A stretch of DNA of 64,000 nucleotides from Clostridia bacterium (GCA_017398485.1 JAFQFY010000075.1:8768-72767); one strand, 5' to 3'. Counted from the stretch's first letter, positions 42,881 to 53,910 are shown. The notes: generated by a model not told the origin, from the letters alone. Numbers and translations: made by a program.

Positions 42881-45800
42881 TTAGTTGGTTTTTGCGGCAG
42901 CCTTGCCGTCGTCGAGCTTGAGGCCGAGCTTCTGCTCAACCTCGCTGGCGCGCAGTTCGAGCAGTTTCGACACGCCGCGCTCCTGCATGGTGACACCATA
43001 CAATGTGTCGGCTTCTTCCATCGTGCCGCGGCGGTGAGTGATCGCGATAAACTGTGAGCGCTTGCACATACGGCGCAGATAGTTTGCATAGCGATCGACG
43101 TTGACGTCGTCGAGCGCCGCCTCGACCTCATCGAGCACGCAGAACGGCGAGGGAGTCACTTTCAGGATAGCGAACAGCAACGCCGTCGCCGCGAGAGCCT
43201 TTTCACCGCCGGAGAGCGCCTCGAGATTGAGGATGACCTTGCCGGGCGGTTGGATGAACATATCGATACCCGAGCCGAGAATGTCGTCGGGATCGCTCAG
43301 ACGCAATTCGCCCTTACCGCCGCCGAACAGTTCGGCAAACACGACGCCGTACTGCTCGTTGATCTGTTTAAAGCGCTCGATAAACACCTCGCGCATCTGC
43401 ACGGTGAGGTCGCCGATCTGTTTGAGCAGCTCCTCTTTGGTCTTTTCGACATCTGCGATCTGCGTTTTGAGGAATTGATAGCGTTCGTTGACCTCTTTGA
43501 ATTCCTCGATGGCGTCGACGTTGACACTGCCGAGGGCACGGATCTTATTTTTGAGTTCGGTCACGCGGCGATTGGCCTCGGTGACGTTCTCGATGGGCTT
43601 GGCGATCGCCTCCGCCTCCATGCGCGTTAGTTCATACTCTTCGTACAAGCGACGGGACAGATCGTCCACTTCTTTCTTGATGTTGGCGGTCTTTTCTTCC
43701 AAACGGACGACCTCCTGACCCATGCGCTCGCGCTCATCGGTCTTTTCGCGGGAATCCAGTCGCAGCTTGGTCTGCTTGGCCTCGCCTTCGGCGCGTTTCG
43801 CCACGAGAGCAGCGATCGCATCGCCCGAGGCCGCCGCCTGCACACGCAAGCCGGCCGCCTGCGCCTGTACCTCTTCGATCTTACTCTGCGTTTCGGCGTT
43901 CGCCTGCTCGAATTCGGCGATCTGCTGTTCAAGCATCTGCTTATGGCCTGCCGAATCCTGCTGACGCGCGCGCAATTCATCGATTGCTTGACGCAGATTT
44001 TCGATCTCTTTCTCGGCGCTGAACGCAGCAAGCTTTTGTTCGGAGATACGGGCCGATAACGCCTCGCGTTGCTCGGCAAGCTTCTGGCGACCGCCGCTGA
44101 GCAATTCGAGCTCCTGCTCGATGGCGTTCTGCTTCTCGGACAGAGTGGCCGTCTCCTGCGCCGCGGCGTCGATCGCCTCGCGGCACGCGGTCGCGCGCTC
44201 ACCGAGGGTCGTGATCTCCCGTGCGGCCTCCTCGGCGGCAAGGCGGTTCTGCTCCGCCTGCTCCTGCAAGCGACGCACCTCGCCCTCCAAGCGTATCTTG
44301 TCCTCTTGCGCGGTGGTCAATTCACCGCGTGCACCGACGAGCTGTGCCTCCACGGCGGCAACGTCCTGTTGCAACCGACGAAACTGCTCACGCGCCGTTT
44401 CCAGCGCCTGCATCTTCTCGGTGACGTCTTTGCGCAGGCGGTCGATCTCCGCGCGACGCGACATAAGACCCGCGCCCTTGATACTCGAACCGCCGGTCAG
44501 CGAACCGCCGGCGTTGACCACCTGACCGTCCAGCGTGACGATACGGAATTTATAGCCGTGGCGCTTGGCCATGGCGGTGGCATAATCCAGATCCTCGGCG
44601 ATGACCGTGCGACCGAGCAGCGAGCACGCAACGCCCTCGTATTTCGCGTCGTAGGTCACCAGATCACACGCCAGACCGACAAATCCGGCGTCGTCCTTCG
44701 GAATGGTATCGAGACGCTTGCCTTTGGTGTTATCCAGCGGCAGGAAGGTCGCACGACCACCCTTCGTCTCCTTCAAATATGCGATCGCGCGCTTGGCGTC
44801 GCTCTCACGCTGACACACGAGGTTTTGCGCCGCGGCGCCGAGAGCCGTCTCGATCGCCAGGGCGTGTGCCGCCTGCGGTTGGAACAGGCGCGATACAGGG
44901 CCTAAGATACCTTGCAATTCGCCGCGCTCACCTTGCTTGATGATGGCTTTGACGCTCTGCTGGAAGCCGTCCATGCTGCGTTCCATTTCTTCGAGCATAC
45001 GGATACGGCGCTGACGCTCCTCAACATCCAGCGCTTGCTTATCCAGCGCCTCTTTGGCGGTGGCAAGCTTCGCCGAGCGGGTCTGATGACGATATTCGTA
45101 GCCGGACAGCGTATTTTGCAGACTCTGTGCTTTTTCGGCACAGATGTCAAACGCCTTTTTGCTCTCGTCGAGCTCCGCCTGCGCGGCGTCTGCCTGCTGC
45201 TTGCGCAACACGGTCGCCGCCGTCAACTGCGACAGGCGCAGGGTGATCTCCTGCAAGGAGGACTCGTTGGTCACACTCTTGACGCGCGTTTCGGACAACT
45301 GCAACGCAATGTCTGCCGCCGCCTTTTGCTTCTCGTCAAGCTGACCTGACGCCTCGTCACTGTTGCGCGCAAGCTGATCCATCGCGTCGGTGAGTGCGAG
45401 GCGCTCTTCCTCCGCTTTACGCACCGCCTGCTCCTTGGTCTCAATATCCGCCGTACGCGCGGCGATGGTTTCTTCGATATGCGCGTCGCCCTCGTCTGCG
45501 AGTTCGATCTCGCCGCGAATACGCGCAATATTTTCGTTGTTATGGAAAATGTCGTTGTTGAGAACGGCGACCTGGCTGTCGCACACCGCCGCTTGCTCCT
45601 CAAGAGCCGCCGCGGCACGGCGCACCTCGTCCATCTGCACCTCAAGCTGTTGCGCTTCGATGGCGATGCGTTCGATCTCTTGGTCGAAGGATTCAAGGCT
45701 CTCCCCCGTCGCCTCGTATTGCAGGCGCGCGTTGGCGAGCTTCGCGTCGAGGTCGCGCAGGATGCCGCGCGACTCATTCATCGTGCGCAACCACAGACCG

Positions 45801-46480
45801 ATCTCAAGTTCTTTCTTTTCACCGGCGAACAACAGGAATTTCTTTGCCTTCTCCGCCTGATGCTCCAAAGGACCGACACGATCCTCCAGCTCCTGCAAAA
45901 TATCGTGCAGGCGGTCGAGATTATCCTGCGTTTTGCGCAGGCTGTTCTCCGCCTTGTCTTTCTTATAGCGATATTTGGCGATACCGGCCGCCTCGTCGAA
46001 TATCTCGCGGCGATTCTGCGAGCGCGAGGTGACGATCTCGTCGATACGGCCCTGACCGATGATGGAATAGCCGTCGCGGCCGAGACCCGTGTTCATAAAC
46101 AACAGACGAATATCCTCCAAGCGCGCCGTGGCGCCGTTGAGCTGATATTCACTGCCGCCCGAGCGGTAGCAACGGCGCGACACGCGCACCTCCTCGGCGT
46201 CGCATTCGAGCACGTGGGTGGAGTTGTCGATGACCAGCGTCACCTCCGCGTAGCCCATCGGGCGGCGCTGGGCGGTGCCGTTGAAAATGACATCCTCCAT
46301 CTTTGAACCGCGCAGACTCTTGCTGGACTGCTCACCGAGCACCCAGCGGATCGCGTCACTGATATTGGATTTGCCGCTGCCGTTGGGGCCGACGACGGCG
46401 GTGATGCCGTCGCTGAAATTCAGCACGGTCTTATCGGGAAAGGATTTGAATCCGTGTAATTCCAATGCTTTGAGTAACAA
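42881..46480 (-). CDS. smc: chromosome partition protein Smc
   Basis: 1199 aa. N-terminal Walker A 'GPNGSGKSN', long coiled coils with a central hinge, C-terminal 'LSGGEKALAATALLFA' and 'FCVLDEVEAALD'. Confidence 0.97.
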   Translation of the reverse strand: MLLKALELHGFKSFPDKTVLNFSDGITAVVGPNGSGKSNISDAIRWVLGEQSSKSLRGSKMEDVIFNGTAQRRPMGYAEVTLVIDNSTHVLECDAEEVRVSRRCYRSGGSEYQLNGATARLEDIRLLFMNTGLGRDGYSIIGQGRIDEIVTSRSQNRREIFDEAAGIAKYRYKKDKAENSLRKTQDNLDRLHDILQELEDRVGPLEHQAEKAKKFLLFAGEKKELEIGLWLRTMNESRGILRDLDAKLANARLQYEATGESLESFDQEIERIAIEAQQLEVQMDEVRRAAAALEEQAAVCDSQVAVLNNDIFHNNENIARIRGEIELADEGDAHIEETIAARTADIETKEQAVRKAEEERLALTDAMDQLARNSDEASGQLDEKQKAAADIALQLSETRVKSVTNESSLQEITLRLSQLTAATVLRKQQADAAQAELDESKKAFDICAEKAQSLQNTLSGYEYRHQTRSAKLATAKEALDKQALDVEERQRRIRMLEEMERSMDGFQQSVKAIIKQGERGELQGILGPVSRLFQPQAAHALAIETALGAAAQNLVCQRESDAKRAIAYLKETKGGRATFLPLDNTKGKRLDTIPKDDAGFVGLACDLVTYDAKYEGVACSLLGRTVIAEDLDYATAMAKRHGYKFRIVTLDGQVVNAGGSLTGGSSIKGAGLMSRRAEIDRLRKDVTEKMQALETAREQFRRLQQDVAAVEAQLVGARGELTTAQEDKIRLEGEVRRLQEQAEQNRLAAEEAAREITTLGERATACREAIDAAAQETATLSEKQNAIEQELELLSGGRQKLAEQREALSARISEQKLAAFSAEKEIENLRQAIDELRARQQDSAGHKQMLEQQIAEFEQANAETQSKIEEVQAQAAGLRVQAAASGDAIAALVAKRAEGEAKQTKLRLDSREKTDERERMGQEVVRLEEKTANIKKEVDDLSRRLYEEYELTRMEAEAIAKPIENVTEANRRVTELKNKIRALGSVNVDAIEEFKEVNERYQFLKTQIADVEKTKEELLKQIGDLTVQMREVFIERFKQINEQYGVVFAELFGGGKGELRLSDPDDILGSGIDMFIQPPGKVILNLEALSGGEKALAATALLFAILKVTPSPFCVLDEVEAALDDVNVDRYANYLRRMCKRSQFIAITHRRGTMEEADTLYGVTMQERGVSKLLELRASEVEQKLGLKLDDGKAAAKTN

Positions 46481-46512
46481 AACGCCACTTCCTTCTTCTT
46501 ACTTGCGTCATC

Positions 46513-47199
46513 TTATTCGTATCCCATGAGCTTTAACGCTTCGTGGGCGGCCAATTGTTCTGCCTCTTTTTTACTGTGTCCACGTCCTTTGCCGATGACG
46601 TTGGAGTTGAGATGAACCTCCACCGTGAACACCTTGCAATGGTCGGGACCCGACGCGCCTACCAGGACATACTCCAACCGTTCACCGGGGTTTTGTTGGA
46701 TGATCTCCTGCAAGGCGGTCTTGTGGTCCTTGAAATGACGGCGGCGCTGGTTATCCGCTTCGGGAATAACGAAGCGCAGCACGAACGCCTCTGCAGGCTG
46801 CATGCCGCCGTCGAGATAAATGGCGGCGAGCACCGCCTCGTACATATCCGCGAGGATCGAGGGGCGTTTGGCGCCGCCGTTTTGTGCTTCGCCGCGTCCG
46901 AGGCGCATATAGTCCCCGATACCCAACGCCTGTGAATAAGAACACAGCGCCTTTTCACACACCACCGCGGCACGCAGTTTGGTCAGTTCGCCCTCGGGCG
47001 CGCGGTCGTTCTCGAACAGGTGTCGCGCGGTGATAAAGCCGAGCAACGAATCCCCCAGAAATTCGAGGCGTTCGTAGCTCTCTCGCGCGCCTTTTCCCTC
47101 ATTGGCATAGGAGGAATGGGTCAGCGCCTGTTCGAGCAGCCGCACGTTATGAAATTCATAGCCGATCGCTTGCATCAGCGGCGTCAGGTCACGCGCCAT
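46513..47199 (-). CDS. rnc: ribonuclease III
   Basis: 'HSSYANE' and 'ERLEFLGDSLL' signature plus a C-terminal dsRBD. Start 'MARDLTPLMQ' at 47199; the ORF-track start 47394 overlaps acpP. Confidence 0.93.
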   Translation of the reverse strand: MARDLTPLMQAIGYEFHNVRLLEQALTHSSYANEGKGARESYERLEFLGDSLLGFITARHLFENDRAPEGELTKLRAAVVCEKALCSYSQALGIGDYMRLGRGEAQNGGAKRPSILADMYEAVLAAIYLDGGMQPAEAFVLRFVIPEADNQRRRHFKDHKTALQEIIQQNPGERLEYVLVGASGPDHCKVFTVEVHLNSNVIGKGRGHSKKEAEQLAAHEALKLMGYE

Positions 47200-47203
47200 G
47201 CTC

Positions 47204-47443
47204 TCAGTCCTCCTCGTTGAGTGTATCTTCAATATAAGCCACCACGTCCTCGACGGTCTCGAAGCCGTCGAGCGTGTCGTCGTCGATGTCGACGCCGTAA
47301 ATTTCACCGAGCACCATCGCCATATCGTCGCGTTCGTGCGGTGCAATGTTGAGCTCGTCCAGCGACGCCGCCATGGCGACGTCGTCAGGGTCACACCCGT
47401 ATTTTTCGCAAAACAGGGCGGTCAGGATATCCAGCACTCTCAT
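47204..47443 (-). CDS. acpP: acyl carrier protein-like (divergent)
   Basis: 79 aa, acidic, with an 'ASLDEL' Ser box. Occupies the conserved plsX-acpP-rnc position. Diverges from the canonical 'GADSLD' context. Confidence 0.65.
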   Translation of the reverse strand: MRVLDILTALFCEKYGCDPDDVAMAASLDELNIAPHERDDMAMVLGEIYGVDIDDDTLDGFETVEDVVAYIEDTLNEED

Positions 47444-48453
47444 TCGGCGGGCTCCTCTTTCGTGCTCACCTGCGCGGCGATCGCCTCCACGACGCCGCTC
47501 TCGGCAAATTCCGCCGCCACGCGCACTGCGCTGGCGATCGCCTTGGCGTTGGCGTTGCCGTGCGCCTTAACGACGGGACGGTTGACACCGAGCAGCACCG
47601 CGCCGCCGTGTTCGGAGGCAGACAGTTTCTTTTTGAGCGCGCGCATTGCCGGCAACACCAGCATCGCGCCGATCTTGGTGCGCAGGGAGCTCATCAAAGC
47701 GCCTTTGAGGTTCTTCATGAGCATATCCACCGTGCCTTCCAGCGTTTTGAGCAGGATATTGCCGTTGAAGCCGTCGGCAACCACCACGTCGGCAACACCG
47801 GCCGGCACGTCGCGCGCCTCGATGTTGCCGATGAAGTTGAGCCCACTGTCTTTGAGCAACGGGAAGGTCGCGTGCTGTAATTCGCCGCCCTTGGTGTCCT
47901 CCGTACCGACGTTGAGCAGACCCACGCGCGGCTGTTTCTTGTCGGCGAACATGTGGGACACGTAGATACTGCCCATGTGCGCGAATTGCAGCAGCATTTC
48001 GGGACGGCAGTCGGCGTTGGCGCCGCAGTCGATGAGCATAAAGGGTCCTTCATCGGACGGCAGAATGGGCGCGAGCGCCGGACGGGAGATACCCTTGATG
48101 CGCTTAACGATAAAGGTCGCACCCATCAGCAACGCACCGGTGCTGCCGGCACTGACAAGCGCGTCACCCTTGCCCTCGCTGAGCAAGCGAAGCGCCACCG
48201 CCATCGAACTTTCCTTATGCTCACGCAGAATGCTCTTGGGGTGGTCCTCCATGGTCATGATATCGGTGCAATGCTCAATGGTGATGCGATCGAGCGAGAT
48301 ATTCTCCTTTTGTGCGAGCGCGCGCAAAGTCTCCTCATTACCCGTGAGGATGATGTCGTGGCCGTATTCTGCCACCGCCTGCGCGGCACCTTTCAGGATC
48401 TCGAGCGGCGCGTTGTCACCGCCAAAAGCATCTACGATAACTCTCATGATCAA
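47440..48453 (-). CDS. plsX: phosphate acyltransferase PlsX
   Basis: 'IVDAFGGDNAP' N-terminal block; 337 aa. Confidence 0.93.
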   Translation of the reverse strand: MIMRVIVDAFGGDNAPLEILKGAAQAVAEYGHDIILTGNEETLRALAQKENISLDRITIEHCTDIMTMEDHPKSILREHKESSMAVALRLLSEGKGDALVSAGSTGALLMGATFIVKRIKGISRPALAPILPSDEGPFMLIDCGANADCRPEMLLQFAHMGSIYVSHMFADKKQPRVGLLNVGTEDTKGGELQHATFPLLKDSGLNFIGNIEARDVPAGVADVVVADGFNGNILLKTLEGTVDMLMKNLKGALMSSLRTKIGAMLVLPAMRALKKKLSASEHGGAVLLGVNRPVVKAHGNANAKAIASAVRVAAEFAESGVVEAIAAQVSTKEEPAE

Positions 48454-49778
48454 TTTCCGTCCTTTCCGTCTTGTGCGAGCGCCGCCTCCAAGCTGTCGAG
48501 CGCACGATTAGCCAGCGCGGCATAGCGCGCCTTTTTGTCGCGGATATGCGGTTCGATGGGCGGCAGGATACCGAAGTTCGCCCCCATCGGCTGATAATGT
48601 TTATTCTCGTCACACACGTGACCGGCGAGCGCACCCATCATGGTGTCGCGCGGCAGGATGAGCGGCGCTTCCCCACGCACCTGACGCACGGCGTTGATGC
48701 CGGCGAGGATGCCGGACGCCGCCGATTCCATATATCCCTCGACACCGGTCATCTGTCCGGCAAAGAAGAGATTGTGATTTTCCTTTAACCGAAACGCCCC
48801 GTCGAGCAGGCGCGGCGCATCGAGGAAGGTGTTGCGATGCATCACGCCGTAGCGCACGAACTCGGCGTTTTTGAGTGCCGGGATCATGCCGAATACGCGC
48901 TTTTGCTCGCCGAATTTGAGGTTGGTCTGAAACCCGACGAGATTATACAGCGTCCCCTCTTTATTCTCGGTACGCAACTGCACCACCGCCCACGGACGAT
49001 GTCCCGTATGGGGATCACGCAGGCCGACCGGCTTCATCGGGCCGAATCGGATCGCGTCGGTGCCGCGCGAGGCGAGCACCTCGATGGGCATGCAACCCTC
49101 GTACACCGTCAGGTCGCTCGGCGTATCAAAGGCGTGGAGCGGTGCGCGTTCGGCGGCGATGAGCGCCTCGTGGAACGCCTCGTATTCCGCCTTGTTGAGA
49201 GGGCAATTGATATAATCGCCCTCACCGCTCTCCTCGCGGTCGTAGCGCGACGCACGGAAAGCGCTGGTCATGTCCACGCTGTCTGCTGTCACGATCGGTG
49301 CAGCGGCGTCGTAGAAGCTCAACCCACCGCCGCACAGGGCGGCGATCTCCTTGGCCAGCGGCTCGGAGGTGAGCGGACCGGTCGCGACGACCGTCACGCC
49401 GTCGTTTGGAATCGCCGTAACCTCGCCGTGTCTGACCGTAATGTTTGGATGGGAACGGATCGCGTCGGTCACGGCGGCGGAGAACAGATCGCGGTCCACC
49501 GCGAGCGCTCCGCCCGCCGGCACGGCGCATTGCCGTGCGATCGGTACACAAAGGCTACCTAAACGCGCCATCTCCTCTTTAAGAAGGCCTGCGGCGCTTT
49601 CCAAACAGGCGGCTTTGAGAGAGTTTGAGCACACCAACTCCGCAAACAGCGGTTGCTTGTGCGCCGGTGTATATTTATCGGGCTTCATCTCCCACAAGAC
49701 GACCTGCTCACCGGCCTGCGCGGCGGCCCACGCCGCCTCACAGCCGGCAAGGCCGGCACCGATCACTGTGATAGCCAT
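48450..49778 (-). CDS. trmFO: methylenetetrahydrofolate--tRNA-(uracil-5-)-methyltransferase TrmFO
   Basis: FAD-binding N-terminus 'VIGAGLAGCEAAW'; 442 aa; 'CSNSLK' block. Confidence 0.93.
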   Translation of the reverse strand: MAITVIGAGLAGCEAAWAAAQAGEQVVLWEMKPDKYTPAHKQPLFAELVCSNSLKAACLESAAGLLKEEMARLGSLCVPIARQCAVPAGGALAVDRDLFSAAVTDAIRSHPNITVRHGEVTAIPNDGVTVVATGPLTSEPLAKEIAALCGGGLSFYDAAAPIVTADSVDMTSAFRASRYDREESGEGDYINCPLNKAEYEAFHEALIAAERAPLHAFDTPSDLTVYEGCMPIEVLASRGTDAIRFGPMKPVGLRDPHTGHRPWAVVQLRTENKEGTLYNLVGFQTNLKFGEQKRVFGMIPALKNAEFVRYGVMHRNTFLDAPRLLDGAFRLKENHNLFFAGQMTGVEGYMESAASGILAGINAVRQVRGEAPLILPRDTMMGALAGHVCDENKHYQPMGANFGILPPIEPHIRDKKARYAALANRALDSLEAALAQDGKDGN

Positions 49779-49793
49779 AAATCGTTCCTCGCG

Positions 49794-51857
49794 TTATTTT
49801 TGATAGTTACAGCCCTCGGTCTGGCAGACCAAGCCGCCGTTTTTGCCTTTTTTACGGAACAGCGTCTTACCGCACTGAGGACAGACCTCACCCGACGGCT
49901 CGTTCCACGTTGCAAAGTCACACTTCGGATAGTGACTGCAACCGAAGAATTTGCGACCGCCGCGCGACTTCTTCGCCACCAGGGCGTTGCCGCATTTCGG
50001 GCAGGTACCGGGCGCGGTCTCGACAATGCGCTTGGTGTTCTTGCACTCGGGATAGCCGGGGCAAGCCAGGAACTTGCCGTAGCGGCCGGTCTTAACGACC
50101 ATGCGGCGACCGCAGATCTCGCACACCTCGTCGCTCTCGATCTCGGGGACCTTCACGCGTTCGAGGTCGGATTCGGCGTTTTTGAGCGTACGGGCGAAGC
50201 CGCCGTAGAACTTATCCAGCACGGCGACCCAATCCGCCTTACCGTTTTCGACGCCGTCGAGTTGTTTTTCCATATGGGCGGTAAAATCAAGATCGACGAT
50301 CTCGGGGAACTGCTTTTCCATCAGGTCGGTGACGACCTCGCCGAGATTGGTCGGCTTGATCGCCTTACCCTCGCGCTCAACGTAGTCGCGCGCGAGAACC
50401 GTGCTGACCGTCGGCGCGTAGGTAGAGGGACGGCCGATGCCGTTTTCCTCCATGGTCTTGATGAGGGTCGCTTCGGTATAGCGTGCCGGCGGCTGGGTGA
50501 AGTGCTGGTTGCCGCCGAGTTCACGGCAAAACAGCGTATCGCCCTGCTTGATGACCGGCAAAGGCTTGTTTTCGTCGTCCTTTTCGTCCTTGCCCTCGAC
50601 GTAAAGCACGGTGTGTCCGTCGAACTTCACCGTATAGCCGGATGCTTTGAAGATATACTTGTCGACGGCGATATCCACCTGACAGGTGTTCTGGATCTGA
50701 TCCGCCATCAGGCTGGCGGTAAAGCGCTCCCAAATGAGCTTATACAGACGGTACTGATCGGAGGACAGCGAATTTTTCACCTGCTCGGGCGTCAGCGACG
50801 GCACGGAGGGACGAATCGCCTCGTGAGCGTCTTGTGCGTTACCCTTCTGCTTGAACACGCGCGCTCTCGACGGCAGATACTCTGCGCCGTAGGTGTTGCG
50901 TATATACTCATTGCCGGCGGCACGCGCCTCGTCGGAGATGCGCAACGAATCGGTACGCATATAAGTGATAAGACCCATTGCACCGATATTTTCCAGTTCA
51001 ATACCTTCGTACAGCTCCTGCGCCGCTTTCATGGTGCGACGAGAGGAGAAGTTGAGCTTGCGGTTAGCCTCCTGCTGCATGGTGGAGGTGGTAAAGGGCG
51101 GCGCAGGCGCAACGCGGCGCGTACCGGTCTTAACGTTCTGCGCAACGTACGTGGCGTTTTCCAGCTCGGCGAGAATGGCGTCTGCCTGCTGTTTATCCAC
51201 GATCCTGATCTTGTTGTCGGCGGTGCCGTAGAACTTCGCCGGGAAGGTGCGACCCTTTTCCGTCACCGAGAACAAGCCGTCCAGCGTCCAATATTCCTCG
51301 CTGACAAAGGCGCGTATCTCGCGCTCACGGCTGACCACCAGGCTGACGGTGGCCGACTGCACGCGGCCGGCGGATAAGCCCTTGCGCACCTTCTTCCACA
51401 GGAAGGGGCTGAGCTTGTAGCCGACGATACGGTCAAGGATACGGCGCGCCTGCTGGGCGTTGACCAAATTCATGTCCAGCGTGCGCGGTGCCGCCATACC
51501 GGCGGTGACGCCCGAATGAGTGATCTCGTTGAATGTGATACGGTTTTTCTCGTTCACAGGGATGCCGAGCAGCATCGCCAAATGCCAGGAGATCGCCTCG
51601 CCCTCGCGGTCCGGGTCGGTAGCAAGATAGACCTGCTCGCTGTTCGCGGCGGCGGTCTTTAATTGGCGAATGAGCGCCGTCTTACCGGGAATATCCACGT
51701 AGCGCGGACGGAATCCCTTTTCCACGTCCACGCCGAGCAGGGTCTTGGGCAGATCGCGGATGTGTCCCATCGAGGCGATCACCTCATAATCCTTGCCCAA
51801 ATACTTCTTAATCGTTTTCGCCTTGGCAGGCGACTCCACTATGACCAGCTTCGCCAT
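49794..51857 (-). CDS. topA: DNA topoisomerase I
   Basis: Toprim 'LVIVESPAKAKTI', active-site region 'GLITYMRTDS' and C-terminal CxxC zinc ribbons. Confidence 0.96.
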   Translation of the reverse strand: MAKLVIVESPAKAKTIKKYLGKDYEVIASMGHIRDLPKTLLGVDVEKGFRPRYVDIPGKTALIRQLKTAAANSEQVYLATDPDREGEAISWHLAMLLGIPVNEKNRITFNEITHSGVTAGMAAPRTLDMNLVNAQQARRILDRIVGYKLSPFLWKKVRKGLSAGRVQSATVSLVVSREREIRAFVSEEYWTLDGLFSVTEKGRTFPAKFYGTADNKIRIVDKQQADAILAELENATYVAQNVKTGTRRVAPAPPFTTSTMQQEANRKLNFSSRRTMKAAQELYEGIELENIGAMGLITYMRTDSLRISDEARAAGNEYIRNTYGAEYLPSRARVFKQKGNAQDAHEAIRPSVPSLTPEQVKNSLSSDQYRLYKLIWERFTASLMADQIQNTCQVDIAVDKYIFKASGYTVKFDGHTVLYVEGKDEKDDENKPLPVIKQGDTLFCRELGGNQHFTQPPARYTEATLIKTMEENGIGRPSTYAPTVSTVLARDYVEREGKAIKPTNLGEVVTDLMEKQFPEIVDLDFTAHMEKQLDGVENGKADWVAVLDKFYGGFARTLKNAESDLERVKVPEIESDEVCEICGRRMVVKTGRYGKFLACPGYPECKNTKRIVETAPGTCPKCGNALVAKKSRGGRKFFGCSHYPKCDFATWNEPSGEVCPQCGKTLFRKKGKNGGLVCQTEGCNYQK

Positions 51858-51888
51858 AAACCGATCCATCCTTTCTTACACACGAGAG

Positions 51889-53103
51889 TTACTTTCTATA
51901 ATATTGCTGACCGGCGGCATTGCCGGCACAGCCGAACATTTCGAGTTCTGTTAACGCGCCGAGCAGGGCGGCAACCGACAAGCCGGTCTCAACCGCCAGA
52001 TCGTCCACCGGACAAGGCTTGTCGGTAAGCACCGCAAACACCTGCCGCGCGGTCGGTGACGCCGCTTCGGGACACACCGTCGGCGCCGACGGTGTCGGGG
52101 TCGGCTCCGTCATCTTCGGCGCGGCGGCCTTACGGCTCTTTTTCGCCGTTTCAGGCTTTGTCGCCGTTTTGGTTTCCAGCAGCTTGTGCGTCTGCTTCGC
52201 CGCGTCTATATCCAGTGCATCGCCGAACAGCGCGGTATATTCCGTCAACAAATCCGCCGCACAGGTGATCAGCGCCGCACCGCCTTGGATCTCTCGATGA
52301 GCACCGTCGTTGCGGTGTCCCGTCAGTGAGCCGGGCATCGCGTACACGTCACGGCCCTGCTCGCGCGCCAAGCGCGCGGTAATACGCGCACCGCTGCGCG
52401 TCGGCGTTTCGCCAAGGCAGACCCCGTGGCTCATACCGGCCAGTAAGCGGTTACGGATCTCATAAACGCAACGGTACGGTTGACCGTGGGGATATTCACT
52501 CATGAGCAGACCGCCGTCTGCGACGATGCGCTCACGCAACGCGACGTTCTCGACCGGATAGCGCTCGTCTACGGGACAACCCATCACCGCGACCGTGATA
52601 CCGCCGCTTTCCAGCGCGCCTGCGTGTGCCGCCGCGTCGATGCCCTTGGCACCGCCGCTGACGACGATCGCTCCGCCTGCGGCAAGCTCGGCGGCCAACC
52701 GATAGGTCTCTTGCCATCCCTCATCCGAACAATGGCGCGTGCCGACTACCGCGACGGTCAGGTGTATATCCATATCCGGCATCGTTCCCCGGCAGTACAG
52801 GGCTGTCGGGCGATCCGGCAAGCGGCGTAAGCCGTTAGGATACAACGCATCGTCGGGTGTCAGCACCCAGTCCCCTGCCTCAACGACGCGGTTGAGGATC
52901 GCACGCGCTTCTTGCAGAGATTTGTCTTTCAGCCGTCGCAGTACGTTGTTGCCGATGCCGACGGCTTGCAGATCTTTTTCGGTTGCGGCGTAGATCGCCA
53001 CCGCCGTGTCAAACGCATCCAGCAGATCGCCCGTCGACGCGTTGCCCGGACCCAAGGCCTGTGCAAGCCATATCCAGTACAGACGGCTGTCCACGGACGT
53101 CAC
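51889..53103 (-). CDS. dprA: DNA-processing protein DprA
   Basis: Rossmann-like core 'VVSGGAKGIDAAAH' and 'GSLTG'. C-terminal winged-helix-like extension preceded by a Lys/Pro/Thr-rich linker. Confidence 0.9.
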   Translation of the reverse strand: MTSVDSRLYWIWLAQALGPGNASTGDLLDAFDTAVAIYAATEKDLQAVGIGNNVLRRLKDKSLQEARAILNRVVEAGDWVLTPDDALYPNGLRRLPDRPTALYCRGTMPDMDIHLTVAVVGTRHCSDEGWQETYRLAAELAAGGAIVVSGGAKGIDAAAHAGALESGGITVAVMGCPVDERYPVENVALRERIVADGGLLMSEYPHGQPYRCVYEIRNRLLAGMSHGVCLGETPTRSGARITARLAREQGRDVYAMPGSLTGHRNDGAHREIQGGAALITCAADLLTEYTALFGDALDIDAAKQTHKLLETKTATKPETAKKSRKAAAPKMTEPTPTPSAPTVCPEAASPTARQVFAVLTDKPCPVDDLAVETGLSVAALLGALTELEMFGCAGNAAGQQYYRK

Positions 53104-53115
53104 TCCTCTTCTGTG

Positions 53116-53910
53116 TTAATCTTCCTTGCGGGTCATCTCCCACATAACAATACCGGCCGCCATCGACGCGTTAAGCGATTCGGCGCGACCGCCCATGGGA
53201 ATGGTCACGCGCCGTTTGCAGGCGGCGACCGTCTGCTCGCGCAGACCGTTGCCCTCGTTGCCGATAACGCACAAAGCGCCGCTCGACATATCCACCTGCC
53301 CGATCGGGGCGGCATCGGCGTCGACCACGCAGGCGAATGCGGTCATTCCGCGCGCCTGCAACGTCGCAATGGTATTCGGCAGATCCGCGCATACCATCAT
53401 CGGCAAACGGAACACCCCGCCCATGCTGCTGCGCAGCACCTTGGGGTTATACATGTCGCAACAGCCGTCGGAGAGTATCAGCCCGTCCAACCCGAACGCC
53501 TCGGCGGTGCGAATCATCGTGCCGAGATTACCGGGATCCCGAATATCCTCCAAAACGCCGTAACGACCCATACTATCTATTGTATCTAAACTTAACTGAA
53601 TGTCAAGTGATTTTACGACACAAAATACACCCTGCGGATGCGTTGTATCCGCCATAGCGCTCGCAATCTGGGGTGTGATCTCGACCGCTTCGCGCGCCGC
53701 GGCGACGAGACCCTCGGTCACGGCGGCATAGTTTTCACGGGCCGCGGCGGTGTACAGCACCGCTTCGACGGCCAATCCGCTCGCCAGCGCATCGCCGCAA
53801 AGGCGCGCGCCCTCAATGGCGAACAGACCGCTTTCGCGGCGTTGCCGTGCGCCGCTGTTGAGCGCGCGCCACAGCTTGACAAGTCGGTTATCTTTACTGG
53901 TTATCCGCAT
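53116..53910 (-). CDS. TrmH/SpoU-family RNA 2'-O-methyltransferase
   Basis: 'IRDPGNLGTMIRTA', 'VIGNEGNGL' and 'ESLNASMAAGIVMWE'. Start 'MRITSKDNRLVK' at 53910. Confidence 0.88.
   Translation of the reverse strand: MRITSKDNRLVKLWRALNSGARQRRESGLFAIEGARLCGDALASGLAVEAVLYTAAARENYAAVTEGLVAAAREAVEITPQIASAMADTTHPQGVFCVVKSLDIQLSLDTIDSMGRYGVLEDIRDPGNLGTMIRTAEAFGLDGLILSDGCCDMYNPKVLRSSMGGVFRLPMMVCADLPNTIATLQARGMTAFACVVDADAAPIGQVDMSSGALCVIGNEGNGLREQTVAACKRRVTIPMGGRAESLNASMAAGIVMWEMTRKED

Noticed and set aside
49653-51377. 574-aa plus-strand ORF
   Set aside because: It is antisense to topA and the 5' end of trmFO. It is a high-GC frame artefact.
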